This document shows positions 24,768-37,347 of a stretch of DNA of 64,000 bases, one piece after another. A program made the position numbers and the translations under genes. The notes beneath the pieces were generated by a model, which was not told where the DNA came from, searched no databases, and worked only from the letters and a program-made list of their open reading frames with translations. Every line of letters starts with the position of its first letter. The stretch's first letter is position 1. The stretch spans positions 38,313,304 to 38,377,303 of the forward strand of contig NC_068992.1 of NCBI RefSeq assembly GCF_001194135.2, given 5' to 3'. Origin of the DNA: Octopus bimaculoides. Lineage: Eukaryota.

Positions 24768-26549
24768 TTACAAATGAAAGAATATATTCCTTCACCATCC
24801 TCATTTAATGCCCATGTTCTACACTGGATTGGATTGGACAGTTTGACAGGTTCAAGAACTGCAATGTTATCTCATGTCAGCTGTCACATGGATGTCTTGC
24901 TAATTGCTAACAACTTTACATTGTGCTACTTTTACAACTCCAGCGCGAACGAGGTCACAATGCATCTTGGCAAGAGTAATTTCCCTTTCAATTGAGCAAG
25001 GCTGGGGTGAAAAAAGGAAGCAGTTTTGTGCTAGGAAATGAGGAATTAAAATGTGAGAAAAAAGAAGAGAACATAACAGATTTCTTGAGGAGCTCCATGG
25101 CTATTGACATTACAGAGTTAAAGGTTGCTGGGGNNNNNNNNNNNNNNNNNNNNNNNNNNNNNNNNNNNNNNNNNNNNNNNNNNNNNNNNNNNNNNNNNNN
25201 NNNNNNNNNNNNNNNNNNNNNNNNNNNNNNNNNNNNNNNNNNNNNNNNNNNNNNNNNNNNNNNNNNNNNNNNNNNNNNNNNATTAGAAAATAATTTAGTA
25301 AATAAAGCTTCAACTTTTTTGTGTGTGTGCATTTTAAAAGGCTGATGGGACTACTACAATATTATAGCACGAGATATAAGTTTCATAAACTACAAAATAT
25401 AAATATCCACACTACCACACCTGAAACATACCTGTTATAACTCTTTATCTCAATTTGAATATACGTGAAGGTATTTAGAATGCCCAAACATATTTCTGCA
25501 AATTTGCTAAGCACTGATGCTGATCATAGTTTAATCAATAAATGTAGGAGCGAGGTAAATGCAGTAAAAATAGGGGGGTTAGTGGGGGCCCCATTAAAGT
25601 GATCCTTCAGAAATTGAACCTACTCGGAAATTCATTGTCATTGCTTCAATTTGGTGGCCAATATCATATTTAGTTTAAAATGCAGTAAAAATAGAGGGGT
25701 CAGTGTGGCCTCAATCAGATTGGCCCTTAAAAAAAATAGCCCCCCCCCCATTTCCCAGGGATTAGGGGAATTGCTGGTTTGAGTTTCATTGTACTTGCAG
25801 CAACGGTCTAGGCGGAGTTAACGAACAAAAATGTAATGGACAGAGAAACATCATTCAAATTTATAATAGGAGAAAAAAGGTAGGGGCTGAATAGTTCCTG
25901 GTTTTAAGGGCATCACAAAAGGCCTGGTTGGAGGCCCAACCTTCCAAGTTCTTTTACAGGGCTTAGAAAAACTAAAGAACTGCTGCAATAAATGTGTGAA
26001 TCTGAAAGGGGAATCATCATTATCATCATTTAGCATCTGTTCTCAATGCCAACAAGGATTGGACGGTTTGACAGGAGTTGGTTTAGCAGAAGATTCCACC
26101 AGGCTTCAGTGTCTGCTTTGGCATGGTTTTTTACAGCTGGATCCCCTTCCTAACACCAATCACCCTGCAGAGTGGAACATTTTGAATAAAATCATAATTA
26201 ACTGATCTGCCTATATTTTCTTTTACCCAAAGCCAGAAACTTTTCAGCACCCACCTCATAGGTTAAGCAGTGCTTCAAATTCAGGTAATTACTTAAGTAA
26301 AATACTGTTGACTTATATAATATCGGAGAATAAAAATTAGCGATTAGTCTATCCTCCCTGCCTCACCTAAAACCAATAATTTGAGAAAAAGAAGTGGAAT
26401 TTATTTTCAACAGTGTATAGATTTTAATTAGCAATAACTTCTCTTGTGTGTCGTATCTACAAGCATTACATCAAACCAGCCCACCAAGTATATGTATGTG
26501 TGTGTGTGTATACATATATTAGACAAAATGAGATAACAAAGCCAAGGCT

Positions 26550-26850
26550 GTGAGGAGTTTACAGGACATTTATAAGGAAAAAGATATAGATATAGTCTTA
26601 CAGCTGTTTCTGGGATGTTATGTATATCGCTTCATCAGAGACAATGTTAAATAGATGATGGGGGTATCCATAATATTCTAGAAACAGCTGTAAGACTATA
26701 TCTATATCTTTTTCCTTATAAATGTCCTGAAAACTCCTCACTCATATCACGATCGAATCAAGAATTTAACTACGGCTTGTCCATAGCACTTACTTAGCGC
26801 TACCTGCCTCTCTCTGGGTCTTCTAGATACCAATACCTCTCATACTCTCG
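26550..26850. mobile_element. Fold-back element carrying the hammerhead motif (62-bp arms 26550-26611 and 26680-26741, plus a one-sided extension)
   Basis: The arms are reverse complements with one mismatch. A degenerate second core (agatgatg...agaaacagctgtaagac) lies on +. Confidence 0.75.
26595..26642 (-). ncRNA. Putative minimal type I hammerhead ribozyme (Penelope-like, palindromic stem III)
   Basis: Minus strand reads GUCU-CUGAUGA-A-GCGAU(auacauaac)AUCCC-A-GAAA-C-AGCU-GUA^AGAC. Stem I is GUCU/AGAC, both core boxes are intact, the cleavage triplet is GUA, and ACAGCUGU is self-complementary. Confidence 0.65.
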
Positions 26851-26861
26851 CTTATATGTGT

Positions 26862-26894
<33 letters not shown>

Positions 26895-26954
26895 NNNNNN
26901 NNNNNNNNNNNNNNATATATATAAAAACAAATACTAATGACACATGAATATAAT

Positions 26955-26990
<36 letters not shown>

Positions 26991-27383
26991 ATTATATTCA
27001 TGTATCATTAGTGTGTTTGTTGATCAGTGCTGAGAAGGTTACAGACCATGGAGGTTCATCTGCTCCTGTCCCACACACAACTTAACCATTGGGTCAGTCT
27101 TTCTATAGCCAGGTACAATGGTCATCTATGTACATTCTCTCTCTTTGCTTTCCCTGATTTCTTCTTCATTTCAGTTTACTAGTCATTCCTTAGTGTTCAA
27201 GGCTTTTTTTCCCCTTCTCATGATATCCAGTGAACTTTGTCTGTTGTCTTTTATTATCTAGAAGTTTTCTGGTGGTTCCCACTTGTTGAAGGACTTCCAA
27301 GAATATTTGTCACAGTGACAATACAACTTTTCACTAAATTATTTCCTCAAATAAAAAAAAAAAAACTCCAAATAATAACATAC

Positions 27384-27483
27384 ATTGCTCATGACACAAC
27401 GTGGGTTGGTTTCTTGACTTTCCTTTGTACATTCAACAAAATGCTTGATTTGGAGGCCAAAAGTATCAGGACTGCTTGCTAAA
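27384..27483 (-). CDS. RIN2: RIN exon, RH domain (LASSPDTFGLQIKHFVECTKESQETNPRCVMSN)
   Basis: Acceptor tttccag, donor GTATGT, 100 nt, phase 2/0. Resembles the RIN TYFG.LVQDY...MLQT region. Confidence 0.88.
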
Positions 27484-28229
27484 CTGGAAATTAGAAAAAC
27501 AGAGAGAAACGTGAAAATAAAGAATAAAAGATTGAAGAATATAAAACTTGGAATATGACTTTTGTATTTCATCATTTGTAAATCATCATCATCATTTAAC
27601 GTCTGTCTTCCATCCTGGACAGTTTGACAGGAGCTGGCAAGGCTAGAGGGCTGCACCAGGCTCCAATTGTCTGCTTTGGTATGGCTTCTATATCTGGATG
27701 CCCTTCCTAATGCCAACCACCTTACAGAAAGAACTGGGTGCTTTTTACACAGCACCAGTACCTTATACATGGTACTGGTGCTTGTTTTAGAAAAAGAAAA
27801 ATTTGAAACTGTAACAATTTCATAAATTACAATTAGTGACTTTAAAAGGGGTCGTTAGCATGGGAGGAGACCTTTAATACAAAATTCTTGGCTTAGTATT
27901 AAGACATACTTCTATAAGAGGTCATTAATTATTTGTTAGTTTCATTCAAGAGGAATTGAAAGTATTAATTTTTTTTCAGTCAGACATTAGATTAATAATT
28001 CCAATTAAAATTCAATATTGACTAATAAATGAAATCTTTAAATAAAGAATGCAGCCACCCAGAAACGTAACTGGTAAATGAATTCTTAAACAAAGGCTCT
28101 AAAAATAGAAATAAAAAAAATTAACAAAGGAATTAATACAAAACCACAGCTGTTGGCTGTATTAATGTAACAAGTCAATCCAAAGATTTTATTCGTTAAA
28201 AGCCATCAAACTGATATAGTCAAAACACA

Positions 28230-28755
28230 CGAGGTCTGATCAATAAATATCAGTACTGTTGCTATACTATAACGTAGCTAGAGCATGCTTGGCACACATT
28301 GACCTTGAACTCTGTCACACATGCATACTCGCTCACTTCCGTTGTTTGTAGCAGTGATAGGAAGTGAAGTGTGTAGAGTGTAGTCATCTCGAAAAGAAGG
28401 TCGGATCCCTGCTGTGCAGCGTCTCATTGATTGTGTTAAGGAAGATGAAAACTTTTTGAAAATTGTCATAACAGGTGAGGAATCATGGGTCTACAGCTAT
28501 GACCCTGAAACCAAGGCTCAGTTGTTGCAGTGGAAGACCCCCAACAGGATTTCAAGATGTTGAAGAAATCTAAGAGAATGCAACAAAGTAGCTGCTTGCT
28601 ATCCCCAAAAAGGGAGTTCCCGGAATGCTTCCATTAATGGAAACAACACTGGATAGTGTGGCTTCAGAAGAGGATTACTTCGAAGGAGATTAAAGGCCAA
28701 ATTGAGATGTGTTGTAGTTTTCTTCCTATAACACCAGTCTTTTGACCAGACCTCA
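28230..28755 (+). mobile_element. Internally deleted mariner element
   Basis: TIRs CGAGGTCTGATCAA and TTGACCAGACCTCA+TA. Remnants ENFLKIVITGEESWVYSYDPETKAQLLQWK and RFQDVEEI...DYFEGD*. Confidence 0.88.
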
Positions 28756-28946
28756 TATATTTACACACACACATGCATGGCTTTACAACCATGGGGGTTT
28801 GGGGTCAGCCCCATTGTAGAACACTATATGGGGAAATACCTTCTATTAAAGACCCAAAATAACTAATACTATGTGAAAGAATTTAGTAAATGGAAACTGC
28901 AGGAATCCTGCTCTGTGTATGTGTGTGCATGCATACACATGAACAC

Positions 28947-30250
28947 ATTTTGCTCGATCTGTAGAAAAGGCATAGGTAGAAACTCTATAAGATGCACCCA
29001 GTGCAAGCTATGGACGCATAAGAGGTGCAGCAATATCAAAGGAAGGTTAACTAGGAAGTTAGTTTTTGTTTGTAGCAGATGTTCAGGAACTATAAACACT
29101 GTGAATGTGCAGAAAACAACTTCTGCCACATTCTAGGGAGAAAAACTAGAAGTGGTTGATAGCTTCCGCTATCTTGGTGACCAAATTAGTAGTGGGGGTG
29201 GGTGCGCTGAAAGTGTAGCTGCTAGAATAAGAATAGCTTGGGCAGTGNNNNNNNNNNNNNNNNNNNNNNNNNNNNNNNNNNNNNNNNNNNNNNNNNNNNN
29301 NNNNNNNNNNNNNNNNNNNNNNNNNNNNNNNNNNNNNNNNNNNNNNNNNNNNNNNNNNNNNNNNNNNNNNNNNNNNNNNNNNNNNNNNNNNNNNNNNNNN
29401 NNNNNNNNNNNNNNNNNNNNNNNNNNNNNNNNNNNNNNNNNNNNNNNNNNNNNNNNNNNNNNNNNNNNNNNNNNNNNNNNNNNNNNNNNNNNNNNNNNNN
29501 NNNNNNNNNNNNNNNNNNNNNNNNNNNNNNNNNNNNNNNNNNNNNNNNNNNNNNNNNNNNNNNNNNNNNNNNNNNNNNNNNNNNNNNNNNNNNNNNNNNN
29601 NNNNNNNNNNNNNNNNNNNNNNNNNNNNNNNNNNNNNNNNNNNNNNNNNNNNNNNNNNNNNNNNNNNNNNNNNNNNNNNNNNNNNNNNNNNNNNNNNNNN
29701 NNNNNNNNNNNNNNNNNNNNNNNNNNNNNNNNNNNNNNNNNNNNNNNNNNNNNNNNNNNNNNNNNNNNNNNNNNNNNNNNNNNNNNNNNNNNNNNNNNNN
29801 NNNNNNNNNNNNNNNNNNNNNNNNNNNNNNNNNNNNNNNNNNNNNNNNNNNNNNNNNNNNNNNNNNNNNNNNNNNNNNNNNNNNNNNNNNNNNNNNNNNN
29901 NNNNNNNNNNNNNNNNNNNNNNNNNNNNNNNNNNNNNNNNNNNNNNNNNNNNNNNNNNNNNNNNNNNNNNNNNNNNNNNNNNNNNNNNNNNNNNNNNNNN
30001 NNNNNNNNNNNNNNNNNNNNNNNNNNNNNNNNNNNNNNNNNNNNNNNNNNNNNNNNNNNNNNNNNNNNNNNNNNNNNNNNNNNNNNNNNNNNNNNNNNNN
30101 NNNNNNNNNNNNNNNNNNNNNNNNNNNNNNNNNNNNNNNNNNNNNNNNNNNNNNNNNNNNNNNNNNNNNNNNNNNNCCTCAGTCAAATCATCCAACCCAT
30201 GCTAGCATGGAAAGCGGACGTTAAACGACGACGATGATGATGATGATGAG
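28947..30250 (+). mobile_element. 5'-truncated RTE-like LINE remnant (PHD-like finger, RT end, gap, 3' tail)
   Basis: CSICRKGIGRNSIRCTQCKLWTHKRC...CSRC, one in-frame stop at 29134, then GEKLEVVDSFRYLGDQISSGGG...RIRIAW (RT YLG motif). After N-gap 29248-30176 comes the family-3 tail ending in (GAT)n. Confidence 0.8.
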
Positions 30251-32142
30251 TTCGTATTTATTCTGAACTTCACATCTATTCCCTAGTTATAAACAATCAC
30301 CTAGTGATGCAGATGGTACCGTGGCTTGCAGTCCACTGTTCAAACATTTTTGAGATGTTATATAGCCTTTGCAAACAAGTCTTGTTCATACATTGTCATT
30401 TGGCTCCAATCCTCCATGTAAGCAAGACTGGGCTGTTTGCTTGTTTGTTTGATAAACTGGGAGATTGTTACCTTGCTTGGAAACCAGTGAGAGTGGCAAC
30501 AAGAAGGGCATCTGGCTCTAGAAACACTGCCTCAATACTCTCATCTGACTCATGCAAGTATGGGAAAGTAGGCATTGAAATGATGATGATGATGATGATG
30601 ATGTGTGTGTGTTGCTATTGTGGTAAAGATGTGTAGTTCAGTGGTCAGGGTACTTAGCTTATAACCATGAGCTCATGAGTTCAATTCTTGGTGGCATGTG
30701 TCCTTGAGCAAGACATTTTCTTCCAGTTCACTCAGCTGGAAAAAAATGAGTTGTACCTGTAATTCAAAGGGGTCAACCATGTCACATTCTGTGTCATGCT
30801 GAATCTCCCTGAGAACTACATTAAGGGTACGTGTGTCTGTGGAGTACTCAGCCACTTGCACGTTAATTTCATGAGAAAGCTGTTCTGTTTATTGGATCTA
30901 CTGGAACACCCATCGTCGTAACCAAAGGAGAACCAGAAGAACCAATATTTTACATTACATTGCCTCTGGTTGAATGAAGCAGTGGTGATGCTGATATTAT
31001 GACTGGTTGCTTCTGTGCTTTTAAGGACCTCTGGAATCAAGAACAGACAATGGAGCCTGGTGTGGACCCTAGCTTTACCAGTTCTAGTCAAACCATCCAA
31101 CCCATGCTAGCATGGAAAACAGATGTTAAATGATGATGATGATGATGGCTTGCGAGACCTCTGTTTGGGTGATTTTCCTGAATCATCATCTCACCCTTGT
31201 AACTTCCTTCCATTCTAATGATCTTTCCTTGAACAAGATTTTTATCCCTTTTCATCTTTTATTTCTTTACATAAGGTTTGCTTACAGTTATTCATCACTC
31301 AAGAGTTTCCTTATAGATACTCATCACTAAGAGCTATCATACAGTTTACTCATCATTCAGGTGTTTGTTTATTGTTACTCACCACACAGGGAATTATTTA
31401 CAGTTACTCATCATTCATGAATCATGCTTATAGCTACTCATCACTCAGAGAATTAAAACTAATTCCTGGACTCAATTTTCCAGAATCATGCCCATTGCTA
31501 CAAAACACTTTGTCACTGAGTCCTATTATTGATATTTAATGAGCTCAACCTCTTAATGGCTTCTGATTAATAAAAGAAGTGAAACTAATTTGCATAATGG
31601 TTAATGCCTTTCTCAAGAAAATCAGCCAGACATGTAAAGTGTCAAATGGAAGAACTTCAACCAATAATTGAAACAATGCTGTGTAGTGGTTCTTTTATTT
31701 TTTGTTCCAGTCATTAGACTGTGGTCATGCTGGGGCACTGTCTCGAAGAATTTTTTTAGTCAAATGAACTGACCCAAGCAGTTACTTTTTTTTTTAAAGC
31801 CAGGTACTTATTCTATTGGTCTCATTTGCTAAACCAAGAAGTTAGAGGGACACAAACATACCAACACTGGATGTCAAGTGGTGGATAGGGGACAAACATA
31901 GACACACACACATAATGGGCTTCTTTCAGTTTCCATCTACTAAATCTCCTCACAAGGCTTTGGTTGGCTTGAGGCTATAGCAGAAGACACTTGCCCAAGG
32001 TGTCAAGCAGTGGAACTGAGCCTGGAACCATGTGGTTGGGAAGCAAGCTTCTTAACACTAAGCCACAGTATTCTACACTCAACACATATAATCAATTGTC
32101 GGAAGACTGAAAGCAAGTTTGTAAATAATGGTTGATACTCAC

Positions 32143-32209
32143 TGAAGAACGTATTCTTTCAGATTCATTCCAGGACTTTTGTTTAGAGTTAATTGAAGGT
32201 GTTTGTCAA
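32143..32209 (-). CDS. RIN2: RIN exon (DKHLQLTLNKSPGMNLKEYVL), start of RH region
   Basis: Acceptor ctattttcag, donor GTGAGT, 67 nt, phase 1/2. It bridges the phase-1 donor at 37348 and the phase-2 acceptor at 27483. Confidence 0.82.
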
Positions 32210-34122
32210 CTGAAAATAGAGATAAACATCAATTAAACATAATCGTTTCTGATTCTGGCACACAGCTAGCAATTTTGAGGGGAAGGGCTTAGTTGATTAC
32301 ACTGACACCAGTATCTGACTGAGACTTTATTTCATCGATCCTGGAGAGGTGAAAGGCAAAGTTGACTTCACAATTCTGCCAGTTCACAACAACACAACAA
32401 CAATAATAATAATCCTTTCTATTATAGACACAAGGTCTAAAATTTTGGTGGGAGGGGTTAATCAATTACCTCAGCTCTAGTGTTCAACTGATACTTATTT
32501 CATTGACCCCTGAAAGGATGAAAGGCAAAGTTCATCTCAGTGGAATTTAGACCCAGATGCTAAAAACCTGCAGAAATGCTGCTAAGCGTTTTTGTCCAAA
32601 ATGCAAATGAATCTGCCAGCTCACTGCCTTCACAATGGTTTCAAATTAAGGCCCAAGGCCAGAGGTTTTGAGAAGGAGCCAGTCAATACCACTTACCCCG
32701 CCCCCTCACCCAGCACATGACTTGAATTCTATATTATCAACCCTAATGGGATGAAAGGCAAAGGGTTGGAAGAAATACCACAAGGAATATTCTAATAGAG
32801 GAGCTTTAAAGACTATACTATAAAATTTTGTTATGATGAATTTATTTTATAATGTTACAGACATTTTTCCATGTTTTAGGAACTAATGAGTTATTTAGAT
32901 TAATTAAACCTATTTTCATTTGTTTAGACTAATTAATCTAATTTTCATTAGTTCTATTTCTACAGCAACTTCATCTTTTCTTTCATTGCCTTTTCCCTCG
33001 TTAGTAATGAAGGTCTTGATGCCTTCATCTTTGAATATTCACAGAATGTCTAAGTCTTAATTACTTAGACATGTGTGATTAGAACACAGAATGGTTTGGT
33101 TAATATCGTCAGTGACAGTGATGGAACTGGGGTTCGTTTCATAAGCATAACCATCCTATAGTGTGGTCTCCTGTTATAGCCTCAGGTTGATCAATGCCCT
33201 GGGAGTGAGATTGAACTGGTTGGTGATGGAAACACAGGCAGAATGTGTGTGTGCATGCATGTGTTTGTGTGTGTGTGAATGCTTATTGTCTGCCTTGTCA
33301 TTGCATGACACCATTTAACCGACAGCAATGTTATAGTTACATCATCTGAAAATCATACATTTTGTAGCTCAGTGGCTTCAACATGTGAAGGCTACTAGCA
33401 TTGAAAAAAAAAGTTTTATTTGAAAAAAAAGGGCTGGCAACAGGATGAGTATCCAACAGTTGAATAATTCCTGAGGAAGTCGGACCAACCCATGCCAGCA
33501 TGGAACCCCCAAGCCCAAAAATGATGATAATAATGGTGATGATGGTTGGTGATGGTGATGATGACAATGGAGGAAGGTTTATGTGTGTATAGAACACAAT
33601 CATGGATGCAACCCATAACACTTTCACAGCTTTGTCTCAGACCAGTTGAAATGCGTTGCAGATAGTGTGAGGAAAATTTTGACATCAAACAATAAGTGAA
33701 GTTAAACAACTTTTGTGTGTTTTTGAATATCTAATATGAATCTTCCACACTGTGATTGCTTTACTTTCAACACAGTCTGAGATCAAATCCCATGCTACCC
33801 CATTCCAAAATAATAATATTAAGTTCCACCTAATTACTTCACCGACTTCTGACTGCTATTTCCCACTCCCAGCTCATCTGTACATCTGATGTGTTCATAA
33901 CAATATATTTTAATGTGTATTAATTGACAGCCATTCATGACCATTCCCAAAATTAGCTTAAACCTAACCCTTTCTACAGAACACAAATTAATAATTTAAA
34001 TAGTTATCACAATGAATGCACTCTAAATTAATAAGGCTATAACAACCAAACGGTTGGATTGCCAAGTATATCTCGTTATCTATCAGTAATTAAACAAACA
34101 GGATAGTTTGGTGCAAGTTCAC

Positions 34123-34124
<2 letters not shown>

Positions 34125-34177
<53 letters not shown>

Positions 34178-34271
34178 NNNNNNNNNNNNNNNNNNNNNNN
34201 NNNNNNNNNNNNNNNNNNNNNNNNNNNNNNNNNNNNNNNNNNNNNNNNNNNNNNNNNNNNNNNNNNNNNNN

Positions 34272-34316
<45 letters not shown>

Positions 34317-34350
34317 GGAGAGAGGGAGAGAGAGAGAGAGATAGAGAGAG
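34125..34350. repeat. (GA)n microsatellite spanning an N-gap
   Basis: Seen directly. Confidence 0.95.
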
Positions 34351-34847
34351 ATAGAAACTAATTAACAAACATCAGAAAATAAATTAGAGGCATGTCTGAA
34401 ATGCCAGTTGTCTAAATATCAAAACAATAAAAAATATTTGCTTAAGTAATGAGAGGCTGTGATGTTCATGCCTTAACCAGTAGCATTAACAATGCAACTA
34501 GAAAACTGAATTATTGATATGTGTACATATGGCTGTCTTAGCAACATAGGTCACAGACAAATCAATACCCTGGCTCTAATAGTAAATTTATTTATTGACA
34601 GCAAACATAGATGAGAATTGAGCCCTTAAACTCATGAGGTCTGTGGGCAACTGTCCAATGTATCCATGCCTCAAGATAGCATTGTGTGTGTATGTGTGGG
34701 AGTCTATATTTCCTTCTATTAAAGCAGAGATTAACAACTTCTTAATGGAATGGTTCACTTCTGCTCATGGCTTCCTAACCTTAACCATCAAGATAATCAT
34801 CATTCTATACTGGCAAATGTTGGATAATTTGACAGGATTCAACAATA

Positions 34848-35140
34848 CAGTTCTATATTTAAGAGATGAGGAATTATGTACATTATTTACATTTGACAGA
34901 TATTTGTCCTCATCTTGTTTGTTGTTAACACAACGTTTTGACTGATATACCCTCCAGCCTTCATCAGGTGTCTTGGGGAAATTTCGAAGCTGGGTTCTCA
35001 TTCCTAAGGTATTTTTTGATGTTGTTGTTAAACCCAGGTTTGAAATTTCCCCAAGACACCTGATGAAGGCTGGAGGGTATATCAGCCAAAACGTTGTGTT
35101 AACAAGATGAGGATAAATATCTGTCAAATGTAAATAATGT
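34848..35140. mobile_element. Fold-back copy of the same hammerhead-tailed family
   Basis: Inverted arms with cores at 34927-34972 (-) and 35055-35100 (+). Confidence 0.8.
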
Positions 35141-36383
35141 AAAGCATGTAGGATTCAATAAGTTTGAAGACTGCATCATGCTCCAATGCCTGCTTCTGTA
35201 CAGTTTCTACCCTTCCCATAATTCCATTATTAATGACATTTATATAAACAAAACATAAAACAAACACTGTTTAAAAGCCATCAAGTGCTCAACGATCCTC
35301 AAATACATGAAATTTGGAACATTTTAGAAATGGCTTTAGGCTCACACAGAAAATATCTCAGTGGCCCATTTTTGGCTCAAGGGCCAAAAGTGATCCTTTC
35401 CTGTCCTAAAGTTATCTGTGTATTTCAATTAACAAACAACTAATTAGGATTAATCTACAATGAAATGATAAAGGGTTGAAAATTAATTCAAAAATTTTCA
35501 GAACAATAAAATATCAAAGGAACTTTACAGAAGAATTGTGTTGACCTGACTGGAACTGTCGCATTGTGATGATGATGACAATGATGATGCCTGGTAAGAA
35601 GCTTGCTGGGTTCAGTCCCACTGTGTGGCACCTTGGGCCCATGTCTTCTACTATAGCCTTGGGCTGACCAAAGCTTTGTGAGTGAATTTGGTAGATGGAA
35701 ACTGAAAGAAGCCCACAGCGCGTGCATGTATTACAACTGCTTGACACCCAGTGTTGGTGTGTTTACATCCCCGTTAACTTAGTGGTTTAGCAAAAGGAGA
35801 TTGATAGAATAAGTAGCATACTTTAAATAAGTACTGGGGTCAATTCATTTGACTAAAAATTCTTCAAGGCAGCACCCCAGCATGGCCACAGTCTAATGAC
35901 TGAAACAAGGAAAATCCTTATAGATACATATCATCATCATCATCATCCTTTAGTGTCTATTTTTCATGCTGGCATGGGTTGGACAGTTTGACTCAGGACT
36001 GGCAAGCCAGATGGCTGCATCAGGCTCCAATCTGATCTGGCAAGTTTTCTACAGCTGGATGCCCTTCCTAATGCCAACCACTCCGAGAGTGTAGTGGGTA
36101 CTTATTATGTGCCACCAGCTACAGGAGCCAGTCAGGAGGGACTGGCATCGACCACATTTGGATGGTGTTTTTTATGTGCCATCGACATGGCGAGCCAGTC
36201 CGGCAGCACTGGCATTGACCCACGCTTGAATGGTGCTTATTACATGCCGCTGGGAAGCCAGTCAGGCAGAATTGGTATCAGCCACAACTACAATTTCCAT
36301 TTTGATTTTGATTTAATTTGACTTTACTTCACTCAATAGGTCTTCTTAAGTGCAGCATATTGGCCAACAATTCAGGAGTACTT

Positions 36384-36552
36384 TTAACCCTTTCGATACC
36401 AATCCGGCTGAAACCGACTGAAACTAGCTCTGAGTACAAATGTCTTGTTTTTATAAGTTTTGAATTAAAATCTTCCACCAAACCTTAGTCACAATTTATG
36501 TTCCTAACACTAGCTTAATGATAATTAAGAAATACGGTAACAAAAGGGTTAA
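36384..36552. mobile_element. piggyBac-type MITE (TTAA + CCCTTT termini)
   Basis: TTAACCCTTTCG...AAAAGGGTTAA. Confidence 0.8.
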
Positions 36553-36696
36553 TAAGAAAAATAATCAGCAAAAGACACAAGAGAAGGAAACCTCAGTATG
36601 GCTGCTTTATATGCTAGAGATAATAGCCTAAATTTCCTTCAATCCACACCCTTCCAACTGCTTCTAATGTCTACCTGCCCAAATGTAGAGGTGTGG

Positions 36697-36926
36697 TTAA
36701 TCCTTTTGATACCAACCCAGCTGAAACCACCTCTGGCTTTGTAGTACAAATGTCTTGTTTTTATAAGTTTTGAATTAAAATCTTCCACCAAACCTATGTC
36801 ACAATTTATGTTCCTAACACTAGCTTAATGATAACTAAGTTATTTTACTAAATTCTTTGTTATATTTAAAGTAATTGAAAGAAACACAGAGCATCTCAAA
36901 ATAAATTACAGTAACGAAAGGGTTAA
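36697..36926. mobile_element. piggyBac-type MITE, same family
   Basis: TTAATCCTTTTG...GAAAGGGTTAA, with internal sequence shared with the other copies. Confidence 0.8.
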
Positions 36927-36935
36927 ACAGGCCAG

Positions 36936-36990
<55 letters not shown>

Positions 36991-37347
36991 AACACCTACA
37001 GTAATACATGAAAAATTTACTAGAAGTAACAGACATTCCTGTAACCATAATAACCAGCGATTGTGGTGATGGTTGTGATGTTGATGGTGGTAATGAGGAT
37101 GGTGACGATGATGTGGAAGCATAAAGCAACAATTTTATAATGAAATGGCTACAATTAATTGAAACCCCACCACAACTAAACCTGAATTAACTTGACCAAA
37201 CTTGGCAGTTTCCTTCAGAAGTTTGATATTTGAGTCTACTAGAAAAGGAAAAGTGGAATTCGCTTTGGATCAAATAGCAATTTAGATAAACAAAAGCAAA
37301 AATATAAAAACAGTAAAATGGTAAAGAGGAAACGGTTAATAACTTAC

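Noticed and set aside
23901-24995. Cluster of 105-160 aa ORFs as a host gene
   Set aside because: They lie within the TSD-flanked insertion, overlap in several frames, and show no domain or splice support.
29146-30237. Long ORFs across N-gaps (also 15990-16589, 59582-60397, 2871-3208, 24988-25345)
   Set aside because: Their length comes from X runs in the gaps.
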